A stretch of DNA of 63,861 nucleotides, the filler included, from Polymyxa betae A26-41 (taxonomy: Eukaryota > Protista > Endomyxa: Phytomyxea), in NCBI GenBank assembly GCA_003693705.1. It is 6 parts of 6 records of this genome, joined end to end, with 100 filler letters (N's around TTAATTAATTAA, not from the genome) between each part and the next. Parts side by side here need not be neighbours in the genome. Positions count along the whole stretch, not along the records: positions 20,822 to 37,197 come from RBZT01000210.1; 5 more parts are not named here. One strand, 5' to 3'. Numbering within the stretch: the first letter of the stretch is position 1; each line of letters starts with the position of its first letter. The translations under genes were made by a program, and so were the position numbers. Below the pieces are notes generated by a model, which worked only from the letters and a program-made list of their open reading frames with translations, was not told the origin of the DNA and did not search any database. Shown in pieces: positions 24,532 through 35,520 of the stretch.

Positions 24532-25785
24532 GTGAATAAATTGAGACCTCACTTCGCTTACATTCTTCCAATTGTGACATCAATTCTTTTAGCGATCTTG
24601 TTCAACAATAAATACTACACTACTCACCCAAATACGAATACTTCTATAAAATACAAAGCGATAGCAAATACCCACTGGTCCCACAATACCCAGGAAATCA
24701 TATATAAAATTTTTATCCAGTATATTAAGGAATCTAATCATATATTCAGTAACGCCGTGGCGCACTGGGCTGCGCTGAGATTTCCCCAGTCCCAAAGAGA
24801 CCGTCGTTGGGGAAACCGCCAAACGACAAGGAGATGGGACCCCGTTAGATTTGACGAACCGGAACCCAAACGTGCCCAATATAACACCCCGAAGATTCAA
24901 CTCTGTCAGATGAACTTCGAGCGAGCAATAGTATAATGAGAGAAAGAGTTGACGGAAACTACAAACCATTCGACGAAATCCTCGAACAGTACGCAGTAAA
25001 GGCTCCATTCTTCAAACTGGCAAAAGTCCGCAACAACATTGAAGTCAATTTCAAAAGTGACATCACAATCAACAAATTATTACCGGGTACGCATTAAAAA
25101 TCCGCAAATTACAACACTCACGCAATAATCTTTCAGGTCAATATAATCTACTTAAAAATGCCGCGAAAAACTACAAAAAGAAAAAAACGTATTTCCCCAT
25201 CCGTCGGCAAGAATCGACCGGAATCGGCAGATTGTCATCATCAATATTCCGGAGCATATCCATCGTGCCAAAACCTTTCTTCAAACTCTTCCAGGGCCAG
25301 AAAAGCCATTCGAAAAGATCGCCCTTATGCATGACGACGTACTGGACCATCTGGAGGATGCGATATCCGCTGAGAGAGCTCAGTGATTTGCTGCTGCTGC
25401 GATGGGTTCCTGCGGATTCTATCGTGCACGAAATAGACGCGAACGTGTTTCTGACATGGCGAATTCGGCCGAGTTTTGTTATGGCAGACGGCGGAAATTT
25501 GAGCAATTTTTTGGGCTTTATGGAGTGTCTGAATGATGATCCGCTGCTTGTTTTTTAACTTGTGAAATTGTGAAATAGTTCGAGTCTACGACGATTATGA
25601 GGTCATTAAAGAGTTGCCGTATGTGGTTGCTATGGCGATCTATGTACAGAACCTGCTTATATCGAAGAACAACGATTTTCGGTTTTCCGGAGGTCGATTG
25701 GTCGAAAGTGATCGAAGTGGTTTTTACAGAGTTCAAACGCATGTTTTGGGACAGAGATGAGGAATTTCAGCATTTGTTTGGATGA
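24532..25785 (+). pseudogene. Frameshifted, intron-containing gene relic of unknown family
   Basis: Successive coding-like segments in shifting frames, a GTACGC...TTTCAG intron at about 25087-25136, and a hydrophobic N-terminus. Confidence 0.35.
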
Positions 25786-26104
25786 AGTTTGAGTTTTATT
25801 CAGCTTATATTCATTTTCCCTTTCTTCAATGTGGCTGGTATTTTCTCTGAGTCATAAAAACTGCAATTAACAGTGCATGCAAAACCCATTTTTTTCTCAA
25901 AAATAAATAATAATGACGAACAATTGAAAGAATCTGATGGGAATCGTCAAAATTTCGAATTACTATTTCTTAACGACTCCATTCTCACTTAAACAGCAGG
26001 CCGGCACTCAACAATGGCCATTTCAACGCTGGCAATCGCTCAACAAGCTGCGGTCTGACAAAGATATTTCTGTATTAAAAGAAAAGATCCTCATCCAGAT
26101 ATAG

Positions 26105-27238
26105 CTATCTGGGAGGATCTCGGTCGCCATAATTATATTTGCGAACTATGTCTTTTATCTGGCAGATTCCAATGCGTTTCGTATTCCTCGTCACCATGTT
26201 CACAAAACGACAGCTTAACGTCGGAAATGTCAAGAGCTCATGCGGGATTGGAGCAGGATCATGCTCTAATATTAGAGCAAACAACCTCAGAATCTCCTTC
26301 ACAAAAGGCTGTTCTCGAAAATGATGGAATTTACAAATCTCCGGAAACAGACGAAGCACTTTGGCGCTGATCTCATCGACCACACAAACATCGTTCGAAC
26401 AGCCAGGATATAAAAACTCGTTCGGATGCGGAGACAAAAACGGAGCCAGTCTCTGAAATTCTCTCAACGATATCGGATAAATATTCTCCAAAAACGACCA
26501 GAACGGGAAACGAATTCCGATCCGAGCTAAGGCGTGCAGAATGGCGGGTTGCTTCAGGACCGGGACGCCATTGTACGACGACCAATTGCAGGCGAGAAAC
26601 TCGTGAAGTCGCAGACGCCATCCGTAGACGCCATGAAGATGGATAACGTCTTCAGAGAAGACCGAAGAATCTAATGGCGGGACCCAATGAGGCCCGCCTC
26701 GGAAGCGCGACTTGAATAAAAACTCCTCGATTAGTCGATCGAATTTCTCGCCGATTTCGGCGCGAATCGGAGCGGCCGAATCGGCAAGATGGAAAATCTG
26801 GCGAAAATCGTGCGGGAAGACGCGTTTCCCGATTGTATAATGAAGAGCGATACCAGGTCCAATATCACGAAACATTTCGATGGGAAAAACGTCAAGAAGG
26901 TCTTGAATCATTTCTGCATAATTGCCCTCTCGCAGCAGCTGGTCCAGTATTCCGATGACGCCTTCAACAGTATGGGTTTGAAGGACCAATCGGATGAGAT
27001 TCGGATTCGATCGGGCATGGTCGACGACATCGTGGATCAGATTCGTGGCCACCGATGAGGAGAGGCGGCTGACGGCCGTCGATCCGAATAGGGCGTGAGC
27101 TCGGAATGCAGGCTGACAGATGCGATGGAATCGGCGAGAGACGAAGAGCAGCTGCCGGATGGGATCGTGACCTGCATTGATGACGATCACAGAGAGCAGA
27201 TCATCGGGCAGGCCTAAGAGTGAGAACGGACGCGACAT
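26105..27238 (-). CDS. Lineage-specific protein with N-terminal F-box-like motif
   Basis: MSRPFSLLGLPDDLLSVIV...IRQLLFVSRRFHRIC. Intact ORF. Two CTGACCAAT boxes and TCATTC just upstream favour the ATG at 27238. Confidence 0.7.
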   Translation of the reverse strand: MSRPFSLLGLPDDLLSVIVINAGHDPIRQLLFVSRRFHRICQPAFRAHALFGSTAVSRLSSSVATNLIHDVVDHARSNPNLIRLVLQTHTVEGVIGILDQLLREGNYAEMIQDLLDVFPIEMFRDIGPGIALHYTIGKRVFPHDFRQIFHLADSAAPIRAEIGEKFDRLIEEFLFKSRFRGGPHWVPPLDSSVFSEDVIHLHGVYGWRLRLHEFLACNWSSYNGVPVLKQPAILHALARIGIRFPFWSFLENIYPISLREFQRLAPFLSPHPNEFLYPGCSNDVCVVDEISAKVLRLFPEICKFHHFREQPFVKEILRLFALILEHDPAPIPHELLTFPTLSCRFVNMVTRNTKRIGICQIKDIVRKYNYGDRDPPR

Positions 27239-27330
27239 TCGATAAAAACGTTGAATGAATGGTCCACTGGTGCCAGTCCATTGCACGATTGGTCAGAAAA
27301 ACATTTCGATTCATTGGTCAGCGCAACAGC

Positions 27331-27511
27331 TTTCTCGAAAATTTCCGTGACTGGCATTGTCTCGCAGTAATCTTTGGCAAATCATTTCCGATAATTGTTT
27401 CGCGCTTTTGTCATTTTGCGGTGCAACATTTTTCTCGAAATTTTCCGTGACAGGAAAGAGTCTCGCAGTTCCTTTATAATATCATTTCCGACAATTTTTG
27501 CGCGCTTTGTC
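27331..27511. repeat. Diverged ~100-bp tandem duplication upstream of the F-box-like gene
   Basis: TTTCTCGAAA.TTTCCGTGAC...GTCTCGCAGT...ATCATTTCCGA.AATT...CGCGCTTT occurs twice. Confidence 0.75.
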
Positions 27512-27738
27512 TGCGAAAAGCCAGATTGACAAGGTCTAAATGACACAAATGGCCAGATTGGAAGCTCGCAAAATCTATTTCCAGAGCATGCAATATCCCA
27601 CCTGTGTTCGTCTAAGAATATGCGTCGTTCTGCCCTCTGATGTTCGGATCTAAAAAAGCCTCGGTGAATTGAGATAGGCGGCCGCCCAATCAAAACCCGA
27701 AGAGTAGTTATGTTCCTGGTCCACTCGGAATGCTAACG

Positions 27739-27804
27739 TCATGAAAAAGACATAAAAGACATGAATCAGACGCTTACAGCGTCTGATTCATGTCTTTTTC
27801 ATGA
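27739..27804. repeat. Long perfect inverted repeat (hairpin)
   Basis: 21-bp perfect stem 27754-27774/27778-27798 with a TAC loop. It extends to 27 bp if the 9-nt duplication AAAAGACAT is removed. Confidence 0.9.
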
Positions 27805-28819
27805 TAAACTGATGAACGAGGAAATCAAGGAGGAACAAAACTCTTGAAATTGAGTGCGCAGCCCTCCAAAATTGGGTGTTCACCACTCTAGAATCGGGAT
27901 TTCACCGTTGAAAGGGGTGTCGATATATTGAATAGTCGAAGCCTGTGATTTGGAATGGAGCCGTACACTCCCATAGTTGAGGCTATATTGACTAATCAAA
28001 TCGAATATTTTGAACAATTGGCTTATAAACTATGGTTCGGATTTGAGTCTGTCTTTGGGCAAGGATCGTGCGAATCCAACACTTGCAGAATGAGCTTTAT
28101 AATTGATTAAATATGAATCCATTAAGATTGCTAAAAGATTTACGAGAGATTCGGCATTTGGAATGGATCAAGAGTGCTTCGAAATTGTTTTTTGGATGGA
28201 TTGGATTGGATTATTCTAGTTCGTTGATTTCGGTCAACAGGCGGCGCTCTATCCGAAACGCAAGGCTGATAGTACTCAGGCATCTGGCCATAATATTTAA
28301 AATTGTTTTTTGGAGCGATGAATTCCAATTCGTGCGCTGTGCAGAGTGCTGAAGTTAGAGAACGAACTCAAGTTGCTCAACAACTGCGCAACTTTTCGGT
28401 AAGTTACGCAGATTTTGAGTTTTGGGACGTATTTCGATGCATTCGCTGATGCCGCCTCGCAGGTCACAATCCGACTAACCGAATCTTTATCATTTTGTGG
28501 CATCATCGTAATGCTGAGATGGCCGCCCTTGCTATGCACTGCCCGTTGTCTATGTATAGTTTGATCGTTCTCCAACGTAGTCTATTTCCCACCACTTTTT
28601 CATCTCTGCTATTTGTTTCTGCCATTAAATCTGACCTCCGATGTCACCCGTCTCATCACTTCATATTAAGGATAATAATGGCGCTACAGACATGGATTAT
28701 AAGGCTCGGAGGATATCACATCCCATTCATGGTCCAGATTCCAAGAGGCCTGACTCTCCTCATCTACGTCCGAGCCCGTTACACTCATTGAGTAACGAAC
28801 ATCACGTTACCGTAACGTG

Positions 28820-30832
28820 ATGAACCGGGGCCGCGACCGTCGCAACGATCCCTTATTCGAGCACCTGGCCGGACGTAACGGCAGCCCACTGTCTGGCGAG
28901 GACGCGGACGCCGATCTCTGGGACCAGTACGATTTCGTGGACGTTCCCAGCGACCTCGACTGGGTCCAGATTCATCACGGCGACTGTGCCGAAATGGAGG
29001 TCCGTGAACCCGGGCCCATATTACGCCCGGAGCCTGTCCCCGAAAGGGATCTGGAACTGGAGGCGACGTACGGACCCCATAATGATGCGGAATATTGGCT
29101 GAGGTCAAGATTCCCATATAATGAATGGGAATATGATGATAATGGAGAGGTTGTAACCAGGAGACCCGCTCGCAATCACTATATGTTCTGTGTTTTAGCC
29201 ACGCAGTATGTCCCCTATGAGGAGATGGTCTGGCGTAATCAACTAACAGCCAAGGAAGGTCGTAAGACGGACAAGGACAAGGAAGCGGTGAATAAGGCGG
29301 ACAAGAAAGGTGATAAAAAGACCGAGAAGAAGCAGGAATATATTGAAGTGTTTCATGAAGAGATTCTGAACCTGGAGAATGAGACGGACGAACAGCGCCG
29401 ACTCGAAGATATGCTGTTAGAAATCGAGTTCAAAGAGATGCAGCTGGAATCTCAATGGGACGATTATAAGCGGGATGGGGATGCTGGCCCCGGCCCCGGA
29501 TACCAGGCCGACACCCAAGTCCTGCTCTGGTCCGATTGGCATCCGTTCGATCGACCCGATCCGCTCTGGATCCAGTACCATAAGCATTACTGTAGCACGG
29601 AGTCCGACGACTCCGACACAGACGACGACCCGAATCTCACCGGCGACGATTCAACAAACACCGTCACGGCCTGCCAGCCATCAAGCGCTACGGAATCCGC
29701 AACGCTCCAGCAAAATCGGATCTTCGGCGAAGAACCCCGTGACGATCTCGGCGTCGAGCATGAAGACAAACAGCAGAGTGACGGATCAGAATGGGACCAG
29801 TACGTCCCGTGCGAGGCGGATCCGCGCGCAACCCCACTCGTCGATTGGAGCCCGCTCGATCCCGCTCTCTATCAGTATTATTACTACGTCTACGACGACG
29901 GCCTCAGCGGATGGTGGTGGGGCCAGTACGACGGCGTGCCCGTCTACTGGGACCCGTACAACCAGGGCGGGTACGCGCTGGTGCCCGTGGACGCCGCCGC
30001 CGAATGGCATCTGTATCAGGTCGGCAACTGGGACCCGCAACAACAGCAAGACGACGGCGGCGACGCCGCCGACCAGTACGACCAGGTTGCGGAATTCAGT
30101 CCCAGCAGTGCGTTGGAGGTGGCGGAGAGCGATTTCGATCCGCTGGAGGGAATGTCGCGACCGATGCGTGAGCTGTTTAATGTTCATTCCGATGATGATG
30201 CCGTTATTGAGCCGAATGCGGATCTATCTGATCCGAATGCGGTCGTCGCTGCGGTGTTTCCTGCGCCAACGAATCCTAGATCTGTCATTGCTGAGGTGTT
30301 TGCCGAGCCATATAATCGCCCATCTGCCTATCCAGATCAATATGCGGATCTATTCGAAGAGTTCGCATTCTCCCAACACGAACATGGATTTGTTACGAAG
30401 CATGATCGTCCTGTTACTGAGTTGTGTTTGTTACATACCTCCGAACATAATGCTGTAGTAGGAAGTGATGTTCATAGGCAGAGAGACGGCCTATCTGATG
30501 CCCGGCGAACCTTACAGAATCTGGTCTCCGAAGAACATATTGAAGACGAAGATGAAGAAGAACAGCAGAATGACGACTATTCCGATCATGGTTCAATTAA
30601 ACGGATAGAATGGCCGAGTTATTACTCGCTCTGGAAAAGAGCACCGCATGAGCTCCCGGATCTGATCAGGAGCGGCGAGTTTTGGACGATCGATTGGAGG
30701 AATCGGCCGCTAACGAGAGCCAGGACCGTGACAGCGCCGTATCGAGATCGCGTTGATTCAGATACCGAGAGTGATGAGGCGTTTCCGACCCAGAAATCTA
30801 CGGATGAAGATTTCGACGATTGCGATATCTAA
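28820..30832 (+). CDS. Acidic, Trp/Tyr-rich orphan protein (~670 aa)
   Basis: 2-kb open frame with strong GC3 bias in the middle. No recognisable domain. Confidence 0.7.
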   Translation: MNRGRDRRNDPLFEHLAGRNGSPLSGEDADADLWDQYDFVDVPSDLDWVQIHHGDCAEMEVREPGPILRPEPVPERDLELEATYGPHNDAEYWLRSRFPYNEWEYDDNGEVVTRRPARNHYMFCVLATQYVPYEEMVWRNQLTAKEGRKTDKDKEAVNKADKKGDKKTEKKQEYIEVFHEEILNLENETDEQRRLEDMLLEIEFKEMQLESQWDDYKRDGDAGPGPGYQADTQVLLWSDWHPFDRPDPLWIQYHKHYCSTESDDSDTDDDPNLTGDDSTNTVTACQPSSATESATLQQNRIFGEEPRDDLGVEHEDKQQSDGSEWDQYVPCEADPRATPLVDWSPLDPALYQYYYYVYDDGLSGWWWGQYDGVPVYWDPYNQGGYALVPVDAAAEWHLYQVGNWDPQQQQDDGGDAADQYDQVAEFSPSSALEVAESDFDPLEGMSRPMRELFNVHSDDDAVIEPNADLSDPNAVVAAVFPAPTNPRSVIAEVFAEPYNRPSAYPDQYADLFEEFAFSQHEHGFVTKHDRPVTELCLLHTSEHNAVVGSDVHRQRDGLSDARRTLQNLVSEEHIEDEDEEEQQNDDYSDHGSIKRIEWPSYYSLWKRAPHELPDLIRSGEFWTIDWRNRPLTRARTVTAPYRDRVDSDTESDEAFPTQKSTDEDFDDCDI

Positions 30833-31166
30833 GTCGCGTTGGAGCAGCTTCACAAATCGGCGAAGATCGATTTAGAAGAGGTAAAGCTGTTTCCGGAATT
30901 GTTGATCACCAGGCTGATGTCTTGCTAGCAATCGCTGTAAATCCTGCCATGAAATATTCTGTACCAAAACATGTATCAATAAACCCGCATTGTAACCAAA
31001 AATAATAATGACAAAACTTTATAAAATAAAACCTCAGTCATCTGCATGGCAAAAGGATCTGTACGAAGCTAAACGGAAAATATCAACGAGAAAAAGAATA
31101 AGAAAAAAGCGATTTGTGACAGGTAAGCGAAGACGAGCTGTATTGGTACTGGTAGAAAATGATCCA

Positions 31167-32130
31167 TTATTCGTCATCGGGATTGAACGATTCCCGTTCA
31201 ACAGATTTACGAACAACGCGGATTTCAGTGTGCTCATCGCCTTGTAGCGAATCCTTCACAATGGAGACCTCCGAGCGAATCTGAATCTGATCATTCCATC
31301 AGTACATTATCAAGTTAGAAGAAATGAGGCAAAACCATTTCGAGAGCGCCTCGAATAACGCCGGCTAAGATGCCGCACATATTCAGATCGGCGTATCGCT
31401 CGGGAAGCTCGACGAAATCGACCAGCGGATTGTCTTTGGTAGGAAGGATCAGCGAGAAGGCGTTCCCGTCTTCAGACCAATTCTGAACTGTTGCCGGAGC
31501 TAACACAAAGATATCATTTACAACCTTTGCGATTTGAAAGTAGAACGAAAACCGTATATACAACGACAAAAAATCCACAATAAAATGAAAAGGAAGATGA
31601 AAACAACAAGATGAAATGGTGGAAGAGCAGCTCATACCTCCAAGGAACATTTTAAAGGCGTGACGGCCGATGATTTCTGCAGTTTCTTTGAAAGATCGGC
31701 AGTTGTTGATGCCGGTCTGGATGATAAACTCATCGACAATCCGATTCCCGATATTACACCCACTGCTGTTCGTATCAGAACTAATAACGCTTCATAGTTG
31801 CAAAAAAGGTGCACGCTTGTCCGAAATTAAAACCCTTCTATTCAACTCTGAGCAAAACAGAAATTGAAGAAAAAAACTTGGTGAAAAATATAAAAGCAAA
31901 ACAAAGCATACACTCGATCTAAGATACGGTTAACTTCAACGACATCATCGTGTTCGTCCTGCAGAAGCTGAACTGTGAAGGCCCCATAGACCAGCGAGAA
32001 GAGCTCAGAGCTCTGGGCCGACAGATCAGCAGGGTGAATCGGGTATAGGCAGGCGACTTACGCACGACTCGGCTTTGTTGAGCGAGAGATCGGGCAAGGA
32101 CGTGTCGTAAGACGGCGCCGGCGACGCCAT
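31167..32130 (-). CDS. BET3: TRAPP complex subunit Bet3/TRAPPC3, multi-exon
   Basis: Spliced pieces SELFSLVYGAFTVQLL, GCNIGNRIVDEF, CRSFKETAEII...AFKMFLG, DNPLVDFVELP, CGILAGVIRGALEM, GDEHTEIRV. Confidence 0.92.
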
Positions 32131-32173
32131 CAAACTAATTATCTAGAGCAATAACGTCGATAGAGACAAAGCA

Positions 32174-32335
32174 ATCATCGTGCGTCGCAGTTTTCTAATT
32201 GCGCCGTCACGCACTTTTGGCTTTATGATAGTACTTTTTTAAGTCGAAAGACGGATACAAACAAAACCATCATTGTGCGTCTACAGTTTTTTAATTACGC
32301 CGTCACGCACTTTTTACCTTATGACACCTTTTTTC
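32174..32335. repeat. Two diverged ~65-bp direct repeats, each hairpin-forming, upstream of BET3
   Basis: ATCAT.GTGCGTC...AATT.CGCCGTCACGCACTTTT...TTATGA...TTTTTT occurs twice. Confidence 0.75.
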
Positions 32336-33700
32336 AAGCAGATTGCTTGCAGGAGAGTGATTCAGCGGAAACAGAATTTGTCAATCTGACAACTCGTGAT
32401 TTGTGAATTTCGACGAATCAACATTTCCCGCCCTTCAATACAGCATACACATCTGGGCGCTTCTATAACAGGCTCCGTCCGTTGGCTGTGTATAGAAATC
32501 TAAGGGTCTTTCGCTTTTTACTCAGCGGCATTTGATTATCCGGGACTTTTCCGGCGTAAACTCGGCAGATTCTGGAAATTCTTTCGGCAAATTGGCAAAG
32601 CATTTTTAAATGCCGAAGTTAATGAGGCCTAAGAGGCTCTCCTACTAATCATATTTCGGAGGCCTACACCCTTGTGTCAGAAAGAAACCCACAGTACCTA
32701 AATGTTCGCCATGCTCAGAGCCAGATTGATTCAGCTTTGACAGAAGCGACATCTGATTTCCTGCTTCTAGCTAATTAAAAGTATTATTTGATTCATAACA
32801 AGATCCTGGCTAAGATCAACTCTTAAAATCCAAAAGTGATGGATTGAATATCTGGATCTGTAATGGAAAGTTGATTCAGCTGTCTGTCTGACATAGAGGA
32901 AACGTCAACCAAGCATTAGATAAAGTAAGACACAGAGAGGCACCTTTTGTGGCAAAATTTTCTGAGGTAAAACTCAACAGATAGTCACCAAAGTAATTTT
33001 GTTATTATGAGCGATGATGAATCTACTTTCGGATGGATTATAACCAAGAACTCACGATCGTTGTCACTTCTAAGCAAATTTTTAAGCAAATTGTGGAATT
33101 TTTTCGGATTTCGGCGAATTCGGACAATGGAACAGGCATCCTTCAACTTGACCAATACAGTAGTTTCCACAACTTTTCAAAATTTTACAAGGCTGTATAG
33201 TAGAAACACTTCTTTTCGCAGAATCCTGTTTTTGGATCTACTCAATTCGGAACATTGCTTTAATCAATATATAATGTCATTCTCCCAATTGCTGGTCACT
33301 TAAAACGCAGTGGTTGTCATACTGGACATCTGATATCGTGCATCGCAATGGATGCAGCCGTTTGAGCTCGGCCTAAAAGCCGGCGTCTAGACAAATTTCA
33401 CGAAGAAAGCGTTGATGAAGACCCAGAGCATAAAAGAGAATGAGTTTATTGCCAGCAATCATGAGGATGGAGCCAGAAACAGGGCGCAGACCTCCGAAAA
33501 CTATCCAGAGGCAACATATTCAAAGACGCCGATTGCAGAATATTATTACGGTATTCTCATCGCCATTCAGCCTTTTATCACAAATTAACGATCGAAAAAT
33601 GTTCGGTCAGAAATAAAGTGTATAAATTTCAATTGGGAGACAGAAAATGACAATTAAGTTTCGAATCTGATTTTAGTGAAACCGTCAAAAAGCCAAAAAC

Positions 33701-33810
33701 GCTGCATCGTAAAGCTGACTATAAGACGATTACTGAGAATTTCGAGCCTGTAGGCGCTGCATCGTAAAGCTGACTATAAGACGATTACTGAGAATTTCGA
33801 GCCTGTAGGC
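33701..33810. repeat. Perfect 55-bp tandem duplication within a dispersed repeat (related to ~36570-36650)
   Basis: GCTGCATCG...GCCTGTAGGC x2. Downstream CTAGAAAGGGAGAGCAAA.AAAGCAATA is shared with 36611-36640. Confidence 0.85.
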
Positions 33811-33909
33811 GCGCACAGTTGTAAGAGGAAGTCGTCTAGAAAGGGAGAGCAAACAAAGCAATACGCAAAGATGAGATGAAGGATTTATAGGAAACAATGT
33901 TGAAATTTT

Positions 33910-35520
33910 TCAGTTTTGATGTGAAATTGTTTGAACTGGCCCTTTGGCAGAGCATAATATATCATAGATGTCATGACAATGAATATTTGAATATTGAATG
34001 AGTTCAGATTTAACATCTTCTGGGATCTTCCAATAGAGAGGATGTTGAACTAGATCACGGAACTGTCCTACATAAAACACGTGGATATGACGTTTAAGAG
34101 AATTTTTCAGTTCTGGGATGTTCGAGAGCATCAGTTTGATGAATTCCGAGCACATCAGGAAGTCGATAGTCTGCTTCTGAGAACAGCCTATTTTATCTGA
34201 AAGAATGGAATCGAAGACGGAATTCGTGCGCCCGAACCTCACGAACAGAGACGCATTTGAAATTGCCCTCAGAATCTGCGCAATAGCGTACAGGCGATGG
34301 TGAACGGCTTCCCTCAGCAGCGTCAGACGAAAGAACTTGCTTCCATTCGTTATATTGATGATCTCGGGCATGAACGGAAGTTGGGCCAGACCCCGGACAA
34401 ACTCCGTGTTTCTTGATTTCAACATGTTGCAGGCGTAACCGACGAACGTTTCGGGCTGCGAGAGGATTTGCCGCTGAATAAACGGGATCCTCAGGCATTG
34501 CAGCGCCAGGTCCGGGCCAGCACGTCCAGAATAGGTCCATTGGTTGACATCGGTGCATGGGGCCATGACCAGCCTGAATAATACTTGCAAAGCGTTCCGA
34601 AAACTTCCGAGATGTAGCAGAGGGACGAGATCCGGAATGGATTCGGGCGGAGTGTGGACATAGTATGGATAGGTATCGAGAGAGAACACGATCCCGAGCT
34701 GACGCAGAGCCACTAAGTTCTGCCACTCAGCAAGAGGATGAGATCGTTTGGGAAACGATTTCAGAATATCGTAGGAGACACGATATCTAGGTCCGAGCAC
34801 ATTGCTGAGCGAGAACGGATAAAAAGGGCGAAGTTTGTTTCGGAGAGCATGGTGACCAGGATTTCTGAAAGAAGGGGTTTCATTGCTCGCAATTGAATGA
34901 GGATTTGGCCCAGGCGCCCTCGTTGATGCCAACGCAAGCGCTGTTCGACCTTCTGCTTGATCACATGAAGAAGGGGTTCTGGAAGATTCAGTGGTGAAAC
35001 GGATATACCAAGGACAGGAAGTCCGGGTTAGGGATTACCATTTCTGACACGAAGTAAGAACTCGTTCACATCATTCACCAAGGTCAGGCCCAGATCTACG
35101 ATCATAGAACGCAGTAGTTGGGCCTTCTTCCTAACGCCCAATATCTCATTCCACATTATAAACTGATACACGCCCATGACCATCTGAGGAGAGTTATTCT
35201 TCAGATCATCGTGAGTCTTGGAATCGTACCGGACTCGGACGGCAAGAATACGGACCAGCTGGGGGATTTCTTGGATGCGGGTATTGGGCGATTCGAACAG
35301 GGCCTGTACGACCCGGCCGCGGTCGGCATGTCAGACTGAGATGTCCCAGGTCCGTGGCAGAGCACTGCTCCAAGATCGGCTCCAAGATATCAGCCGGAAG
35401 ACGAAGGAGATCCAAATCCTGATTCGGGAGCGGAACGAGATCCGATTCCAGGTCGGACGAGGGGGTCGCACCCCCCAGGACCAGTACGGCCGCGGCCATC
35501 AAGACAACCTGAACATGCAT
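33910..35520 (-). pseudogene. Frameshifted gene for a signal peptide + F-box-like protein, probable paralogue of 26105-27238
   Basis: MHVQVVLMAAAVLVLGGA, then LLRLPADILEPILEQCSATDLGHLSLTCR. Shared block PLAEWQNLVALRQLGIVF vs PVLKQPAILHALARIGIRF. Several frame changes are needed to join the pieces. Confidence 0.6.

Noticed and set aside
29475-30458. 327-aa overlapping ORF and antisense ORFs inside the acidic gene (similar ones at 55592-56269)
   Set aside because: Expected shadow frames of GC3-rich coding sequence, with T/R/S/P-biased composition.
33701-33810. Direct repeats resembling a CRISPR array (also 27331-27511, 32174-32335)
   Set aside because: Only two units each, no array of unique spacers, no cas genes, eukaryotic context.
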